Shown in pieces: positions 58,435 through 64,000 of a DNA stretch of 64,000 nt. Numbering within the stretch: position 1 is the first letter of the stretch; every line of letters starts with the position of its first letter. The stretch spans positions 256,001-320,000 of the forward strand of contig CBDCCI010000001.1 of the NCBI GenBank assembly GCA_965214705.1. Reading direction: 5' to 3'. The notes beneath the pieces are model-generated. The model did no database searches, was not told the DNA's origin, and was given only the letters and a program-made list of their open reading frames with translations. Origin of the DNA: Alphaproteobacteria bacterium (GTDB lineage Bacteria; Pseudomonadota; Alphaproteobacteria; UBA828). The position numbers and the translations under genes were made by a program.

Positions 58435-60228
58435 CTAGACGAGCACCATCCCGTCTTCCGAGCGCTCTTCGAGCTCGCCGTGCTCGGGCCCCAGCTTCAT
58501 CTCGTAGTGCGCGGCCCCGGCCGGGATCATCGGATAGACGTTCTCTTCCTTGTCGACGAGGATGTCGGCGATCACCGGGCCCGGTGTCTCGATCATGGCC
58601 TCGATCACGCCGTCCACCTCCTCGGGCCGGCGGGCGCGCAGGCCGGTCGCCCCGAACGATTCCGCCAGCTTCACGAAATCGGGCAGCGAATCCATGTAGC
58701 TCTCGGCGTAGCGGCCGCCGTGGAAGAACTCCTGCCACTGGCGCACCATGCCCATGTATTCGTTGTTGAGCAGGAAGGTCTTCACCGGCAGCCGGTACTG
58801 CACCATGGTCGAAAGCTCCTGGATCGTCATGAGCAACGACGCTTCGCCGGCGATGTCGATGACGAGCGAGTCCGGATGGGCCACCTGCACGCCCATCGCG
58901 GCGGGGAAGCCGTATCCCATGGTGCCGAGGCCGCCCGAGGTCATCCAGCGGTTGGGCTCCTCGAACTTGAGGAACTGCGCCGCCCACATCTGGTGCTGGC
59001 CCACCTCGGTGGTGAAGTAAGAGTCCCGCCCCTTGGTGGCCTCGTAGAGCCGCTGCAGCGCGTACTGTGGCTTGATGGTGTTGCTGGAGTTCTTGTAGCG
59101 CAGGCAGTCGCGCCCACGCCACTTGTCGATCTGCCGCCACCACGCCGCCACCTGGGCGTTTGGCTCCGCGCCGCTTGCCTCCCACTCGGCCAGGATGGCG
59201 TCGAGCGCGAGACCCGCATCGCCGACCATGGCGACGTCCACCGGCACGTTCTTGTTGATGGACGAGGGGTCGATGTCGATCTGCACCTTGGTCGAGCCGC
59301 GCGAGAAATCGGCGAGCCGGCCGGTCACGCGATCGTCGAAGCGGGCGCCGACCGCGATCATCAGGTCGCACTCGGCCATCGCCATGTTGGCCTCGTAGGT
59401 GCCGTGCATGCCCAGCATGCCGAGGAAGAGCGGGTCGGATCCCGGATAGCAGCCGAGCCCCATCAGCGTGTTGGTGATGGGATAGCCCGTGCGCTGCACC
59501 AGCGCCGCGAGACTCTGCGCCGCGTCGGGCCCCGCGTTGATGACGCCGCCGCCCGCATAGAAGAGCGGGCGCTTGGCGCGCGTCAGCAGCTCGACCGTGC
59601 GCTTGACCGCGTCCGCATCGGGCGCGCGCTGCGGCCGGTAGGAACGGTGCTCCAACCCGTTGCCCGGCGCCGCACACTCGGGGACGTAGGGCGCCTTGGC
59701 CATGACCACGTCCTTCGGCAGGTCCACGACCACGGGGCCGGGCCGGCCGGCGCTCGCGATGTAGTAGGCCTCGCGGATCACCTGGCAGAGGTTGTCGACT
59801 TCCTTGATGAGATAGTTGTGCTTGGTGCAGGGGCGGGTGATCCCCACCGTGTCGGCTTCCTGAAAGGCGTCATTACCGATCATGTGGGTCGGCACCTGCC
59901 CGGTCAGGCAGACGACGGGAATGCTGTCCATCAGCGCGTCGGTGAGGCCTGTGACGCTGTTGGTGGCGCCGGGCCCTGAAGTGACCAGCACCGTGCCCAC
60001 CTTGCCGGTGGAGCGCGCGTAGCCCTCGGCCGCATGGACCGCGCCCTGCTCGTGCCGCACCAGAATGTGGCGTAGCTCGTTCTGCTTGAAGATGGCGTCG
60101 TAGATGGGAAGTACCGCGCCGCCGGGATAGCCGAACACGACGTCTACGCCGAGATCGACCAGCGTGCGAACGACTAGCTCGGCCCCGGTCAGCTCTGCCG
60201 GGGCGTGATCCTCGGCATCCGTTGTCAC
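58435..60228 (-). CDS. ilvB: Acetolactate synthase large subunit
   Basis: FGYPGGA, RHEQGA, GMLGMHG, RFDDRV, SGGLGTMG, GMVRQWQ; GTG start with GGGAG RBS. Confidence 0.96.
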   Translation of the reverse strand: MTTDAEDHAPAELTGAELVVRTLVDLGVDVVFGYPGGAVLPIYDAIFKQNELRHILVRHEQGAVHAAEGYARSTGKVGTVLVTSGPGATNSVTGLTDALMDSIPVVCLTGQVPTHMIGNDAFQEADTVGITRPCTKHNYLIKEVDNLCQVIREAYYIASAGRPGPVVVDLPKDVVMAKAPYVPECAAPGNGLEHRSYRPQRAPDADAVKRTVELLTRAKRPLFYAGGGVINAGPDAAQSLAALVQRTGYPITNTLMGLGCYPGSDPLFLGMLGMHGTYEANMAMAECDLMIAVGARFDDRVTGRLADFSRGSTKVQIDIDPSSINKNVPVDVAMVGDAGLALDAILAEWEASGAEPNAQVAAWWRQIDKWRGRDCLRYKNSSNTIKPQYALQRLYEATKGRDSYFTTEVGQHQMWAAQFLKFEEPNRWMTSGGLGTMGYGFPAAMGVQVAHPDSLVIDIAGEASLLMTIQELSTMVQYRLPVKTFLLNNEYMGMVRQWQEFFHGGRYAESYMDSLPDFVKLAESFGATGLRARRPEEVDGVIEAMIETPGPVIADILVDKEENVYPMIPAGAAHYEMKLGPEHGELEERSEDGMVLV

Positions 60229-60329
60229 GGCGATCTCCCTTCCGCACAAGCGCGAACGGCCCACCCTTGCGGCAGGGTCGGCCGGCCAGCGCTGGCACGC
60301 CCCACAGCGCGCCCGTCTTCGGAGGGCGG

Positions 60330-60358
60330 ACAGTAGTCCTTCGCCCTCAGCCGGTCAA
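60330..60358 (-). promoter_or_regulatory. Sigma70-like promoter for ilvB-ilvN-ilvC
   Basis: TTGACC-N17-TACTGT overlapping the miaA 3' end. Confidence 0.55.
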
Positions 60359-61288
60359 TAGCAGGCGTTCGACGAGGGCAAGAGATTCCCGTTTCGATTC
60401 CGCGCGATAACGGTCCGGCATACGGACGTCGCCCGGCATCTGGGTGCGGAACCAGGTGGTCTGGCGCTTGGCATAACGGCGCGTCGCCTGCCTGCCGAGT
60501 TCGATCGCCCGCTCCAGCGTGGTGACGCCGCTCAGGTGATCGAGCAGAGCGCGGACGCCGACCGCCTTCATCACCGGCAGCCTGGGATCGAGCCCGCGAG
60601 CCTTGAGGCGTGCCGCCTCGTCGAGCGCGCCCGCCGCCATCATGTGCTCGAAACGCTCGTTGCAGGCGTCGTAAAGCGCATCGCGCGGCGGTTCGATGAC
60701 GAGCACGGCCGCGTGGCCTGTGTAGTGATCGTGCTGCTCCGCCTGCCACGCGAGCAGCGAGCGCCCGGTGGCCTCGATCACTTCGTAGGCCCGCATCACT
60801 CGCTGGCTGTCGCCGGGTTCGAGCTGCCCGGCCGCGTCCGGGTCGCGGGCAGCGAGGCGTGCGTGGAGGCCGGCGCTGCCCTCGCGCTCGTAGAGCGTGC
60901 GCACCGCCTCGCGCACGGCCTCGGGAATCTTCGGCACCGGCGCCAGGCCTTCGAGCAGCGCCCGCAGGTAAAGCCCTGTTCCGCCAACCAGAATAGGCAG
61001 CGCGCCATCGCCCTGCGCGCGCTCGATCTCTGCCATCGCCAGAGCGCGCCAGCGACCAGCCGAGCAGCGCTCGGCGCCGTCGAGCACGCCATAGAGCCGG
61101 TGCGGCGCGCGCGCCCGCAGCGCAACGTCCGGCCACGATGTGAGGATCGGCAGGTCGCGGTAGAGCTGCATGCTGTCGGCGTTGACGACCACGCCGCCGA
61201 AGCGCTCGGCTGCGTCGGCCGCGAGTGCCGACTTGCCGCTCGCCGTCGGGCCGCCGATCACCAGGATCGTAGGGGGACCCTCGGCCAC
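60347..61288 (-). CDS. miaA: tRNA dimethylallyltransferase
   Basis: GPTASGKS, NADSMQ.Y, VGGTGLY, TRRYAKRQ.TW. Confidence 0.96.
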   Translation of the reverse strand: MAEGPPTILVIGGPTASGKSALAADAAERFGGVVVNADSMQLYRDLPILTSWPDVALRARAPHRLYGVLDGAERCSAGRWRALAMAEIERAQGDGALPILVGGTGLYLRALLEGLAPVPKIPEAVREAVRTLYEREGSAGLHARLAARDPDAAGQLEPGDSQRVMRAYEVIEATGRSLLAWQAEQHDHYTGHAAVLVIEPPRDALYDACNERFEHMMAAGALDEAARLKARGLDPRLPVMKAVGVRALLDHLSGVTTLERAIELGRQATRRYAKRQTTWFRTQMPGDVRMPDRYRAESKRESLALVERLLLTG

Positions 61289-61305
61289 AGCGTCGTCACC
61301 TGCCT

Positions 61306-62538
61306 TCAGGACGTGAGCAGCGAGACCAGTCCGTCGGCGAGCTTGGGCTCGAACCAGGTGGTTTTCGGCGGCAGGATCGCGCTGGCGTCGGCGACCGCCA
61401 TGAGATCCTCCACCGAGGTCGGATGGAGCGAGAAGGCGACCGTCGCCTCGCCGCCGTCGACCGCCGCCGCGAGTGCGTCGATCCCGCGCCCGCCGCCAAC
61501 GAAGTCGATCCGCTCATCGAGCCTGGGATCGACGATGCCGAGGATTGGCCCGAGCACCAGGCACGCCAGCAGCGAAACGTCGAGGCGGTTGACCACCGGG
61601 CCGCCGGCGGGCGCCAGAGCCTCGGCTGCGAGCCGGTACCAGCGGCCCTCGACATACATGCCGAATTGGGCCGGCGTCGCGGGCTCCACCGGCCCGTCCG
61701 CCGGCTCGCAGCGCAGCGTCTCGCCGACCGCGCGAAGAAATGCGTCGGGCGTGAGCCCGTTCAGGCCCTGCACGATCCGGTGATAGCCCAGAATCCGCAC
61801 CTCGTCGGCCGGGAAGCTCACCGTCAACAGGCGGCCGGCGGCTTCTCCCGTCCCCGCTCCCATCGCCTGGGCCGCCATCTGCGCGGCGGCGGCGCGGTGG
61901 TGACCGTCGGCGATGTAGAGCGCGCCGATCCGGTCGAATTGCCCTGTCAGCGCGTCGATCTCGTCCGCACCGTCGATGGACCAGAGCGTGTGAGTCACCG
62001 TGCCGTCGAGCACGGCGCGGCAGAGCGGCGGCCCTCCGCAGGCCGCGGCTAACAGGCGGCGAACCTCTTCGTCCGGCCGGTGAATTGTGAGGACAGGGCC
62101 GGTCTGCGCGCCGAGCGCCGCAATATGACGGGCCCGGTCTTCTACCTTGGTCGGCCGGGTCAACTCGTGCCGCTTGACCGCACCCTCCTCGTAGGCGGCG
62201 AGCGAGGCCGCCGCCACGAGCCCGGTCTGCGTGCGACTGTCTGCCTTCATGCGGTATGCGTAGAAGCGGGAGGCCGAGTCGCGGATCAGGACTCCACTCT
62301 CAATCATCCGCGCGAAGCCCGCCGCAGCCCCTTCGTAAAGTTCGGGCGCGCCGGGCGGCGTCTCGGGCGGCAGGTCGATCTCGGGCCGGGAGACGTGGAG
62401 GAAGCTCAGCGGCCGGCCCTCGGCGGCGGCGCGGGCCTCGTCCGTCGACATCACGTCGTAGGGCGCCGCCGCCACCGCATCGGCATGCTCCGGGGCCGCG
62501 CGAAGCCCCGCGAAGGGCGCGAGCAGCCGCTCGCTCAT
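61306..62538 (-). CDS. DUF1015 family protein (ParB/Srx-like DGHHR motif)
   Basis: PYDV, SFLHVSRPEID, VKRHELTRP.K.EDR, YIADGHHR, PPKTTWFEPKL.DGL. Confidence 0.88.
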   Translation of the reverse strand: MSERLLAPFAGLRAAPEHADAVAAAPYDVMSTDEARAAAEGRPLSFLHVSRPEIDLPPETPPGAPELYEGAAAGFARMIESGVLIRDSASRFYAYRMKADSRTQTGLVAAASLAAYEEGAVKRHELTRPTKVEDRARHIAALGAQTGPVLTIHRPDEEVRRLLAAACGGPPLCRAVLDGTVTHTLWSIDGADEIDALTGQFDRIGALYIADGHHRAAAAQMAAQAMGAGTGEAAGRLLTVSFPADEVRILGYHRIVQGLNGLTPDAFLRAVGETLRCEPADGPVEPATPAQFGMYVEGRWYRLAAEALAPAGGPVVNRLDVSLLACLVLGPILGIVDPRLDERIDFVGGGRGIDALAAAVDGGEATVAFSLHPTSVEDLMAVADASAILPPKTTWFEPKLADGLVSLLTS

Positions 62539-62578
62539 TTGTTGCGTCCCTTGCTCGCCACGTCCTGCCTCACTGCAC

Positions 62579-62773
62579 CTAGTTGACGAGCCAGACCAGC
62601 AGGAGGCCCGCCAACGCCGCGCCCGTGCCGATGGCGCGGATCCGGCCCGAAGGCTGCGCCAGCACGCGAGCGATGCTACGCCGCATGGCCTCCGGAAACA
62701 GCGCGTAGAGCCCGCCCTCGATAACGAAGATAAGCCCGATTGCGGTCAGGAAGGCGGTGAGCCCGTCGCTCAT
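62579..62773 (-). CDS. DUF2065 (YjeT-like) small membrane protein
   Basis: AIGLIFVIEG.LYALFP..MR; follows hflC. Confidence 0.88.
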   Translation of the reverse strand: MSDGLTAFLTAIGLIFVIEGGLYALFPEAMRRSIARVLAQPSGRIRAIGTGAALAGLLLVWLVN

Positions 62774-62832
62774 AGCCGGATCGTTGGGGGTGGCCGTGGG
62801 ACGGCCTTGCACCGGCGCGAGGCCGGGGCGCG

Positions 62833-63747
62833 TCACTCAGGTGCCGCCGGGGCGGGCGCCTGAGGCTGCACGATATTGTCGAAGAAGCGGAAGAACTCGC
62901 TGTCGGGCGACAGCACCATGCTCGTGTCGCCATCGCCGAGGGCTTCGCGATAGGCCTGCATGGCCCGGTAGAAGGCGTAAAACTCGGAGTCGCGTCCATA
63001 TGCGTCGCGCGAGATGCGCAAGGCTTCTTCGTCGCCCTCACCGCGCAGGGTCTGGGACTCGCGCTCCGCCTCCGCGAGGAGCACCACACGCTCGCGATCA
63101 GCGCGCGAGCGGATGCGCTGCGACTCTTCCTCGCCCTGCGCCCTGAACTCCTTGGCCTCGCGCTCACGCTCGGTCTGCATGCGCTGGTAGACGGCCTGGC
63201 TGTTCTCCTCCGGCAGGTCAGCGCGGCGTATGCGCACGTCGATCACATCGACGCCGAAGCCGGTAGACTGACGGTTCACCTGGTCCCTGATCTCGGTCAT
63301 GAGCTGCGCACGCTCGCCCGAGAGCACGGTGATCAACTCGACCGTACCCAGCACCTGCCTCGTGCTGGCGTTGAGGATCGCGCCGAGTCTCGCACGCGCT
63401 ATCGCCTCGTTGCCGACGGACTGGAAGAAGCGCAGAGGATCGATGATCCGGTAGCGGATGAAGGCGTCGACCACCAGCCGCTTCTGATCGCCGAGAATCA
63501 TCTCCTCCGCCGGCGCGTTGAAGTCCAGCACGCGCTTCTCGAAGTACTCGACGTTCTGGACGAAGGGTGTCTTGAAGCGGAGCCCCGGCTCGTCCGTGCC
63601 CCACTGGTTCACCACCTTGATGGGCTCACCCAGCTGCAGGAGAATCGCCTGCTGATCCTCGCGCACCTTGTAGGTGGAGATCAGAAGCAGGATGATCGCC
63701 ACGAGGATGACCGCGGCGCCGATAATGAATTTGAGCCGGGTACTCAT
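62833..63747 (-). CDS. hflC: FtsH protease modulator HflC
   Basis: SPFH domain, DQKRLVVDAF, RRADLP, RMQTERERE, FYAFYR. Confidence 0.95.
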   Translation of the reverse strand: MSTRLKFIIGAAVILVAIILLLISTYKVREDQQAILLQLGEPIKVVNQWGTDEPGLRFKTPFVQNVEYFEKRVLDFNAPAEEMILGDQKRLVVDAFIRYRIIDPLRFFQSVGNEAIARARLGAILNASTRQVLGTVELITVLSGERAQLMTEIRDQVNRQSTGFGVDVIDVRIRRADLPEENSQAVYQRMQTEREREAKEFRAQGEEESQRIRSRADRERVVLLAEAERESQTLRGEGDEEALRISRDAYGRDSEFYAFYRAMQAYREALGDGDTSMVLSPDSEFFRFFDNIVQPQAPAPAAPE

Positions 63748-63750
63748 GGT

Positions 63751-64000
63751 CTACTGCGTGTCCCCCGTGCCCTGCCGGCGCTGAAGCTCGGGTAGCGGCA
63801 GGTAGGGCACGACTCCGCTACCACCTTGCGCCGCAGAATCGATGATGATCTTGTCGATTCCGCCGAGCACCTCCTCCATCGTCTCCAGATACATGCGCCG
63901 GCGGACGACATCCATGTTCTGCGCATATTCGCTGTAGACCGAGAGGAAGCGCGCCGCCTCACCCTGGGCCCTGGCGACGACTTCCTCCTTGTAGGCCGTG
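63751..64000 (-). CDS. hflK: FtsH protease modulator HflK (3' part only)
   Basis: AYKEEVVARAQGEAARF, RMYLETMEEVL, VVPYLPL; stop at 63751-63753. Confidence 0.9.
   Translation of the reverse strand, partial: TAYKEEVVARAQGEAARFLSVYSEYAQNMDVVRRRMYLETMEEVLGGIDKIIIDSAAQGGSGVVPYLPLPELQRRQGTGDTQ

Noticed and set aside
60229-60330. Classical ilv attenuator upstream of ilvB
   Set aside because: A GC hairpin is present, but no Ile/Leu/Val-rich leader ORF or U-tailed terminator

Overview
High-GC chromosomal segment of an alphaproteobacterium (gene content and order suggest a Rhodospirillales-like lineage; this is inference). It is mostly core genome: ccmDEFGHI, holA-lptE-leuS, tRNA-Cys, lptFGD-surA-rsmA, fabD-fabG-acpP-fabF-mltG-yicC-gmk, rpsF-rpsR-rplI, cfa, dnaB, mreBCD-mrdA-rodA, ilvB(I)-ilvN(H)-ilvC-leuA, miaA and hflKC. 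Accessory blocks are (i) about 1.8-12.8 kb with a divergent Amt plus a small membrane partner, an intradiol dioxygenase, a CUT1 ABC importer with two reciprocally degenerate ATPases, a 2OG-Fe(II) oxygenase and a porin; (ii) three amide hydrolases beside tRNA-Cys; (iii) an orphan RfaH-like gene, ilvE and an FAH hydratase after dnaB. The most notable unannotated signals are: a leaderless Arg-rich uORF (CGA CGA CGA) that can pair over the RBS of a GNAT gene; a 193-bp MITE with perfect 27-bp TIRs and an 8-bp TSD at the dnaB stop codon; tandem LexA-like boxes upstream of the orphan RfaH-like gene; a DnaA-box cluster upstream of dnaB; a leuA leader peptide; and a DUF1015 protein where serB usually lies. 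All calls come from reading the sequence by eye; no searches were run.
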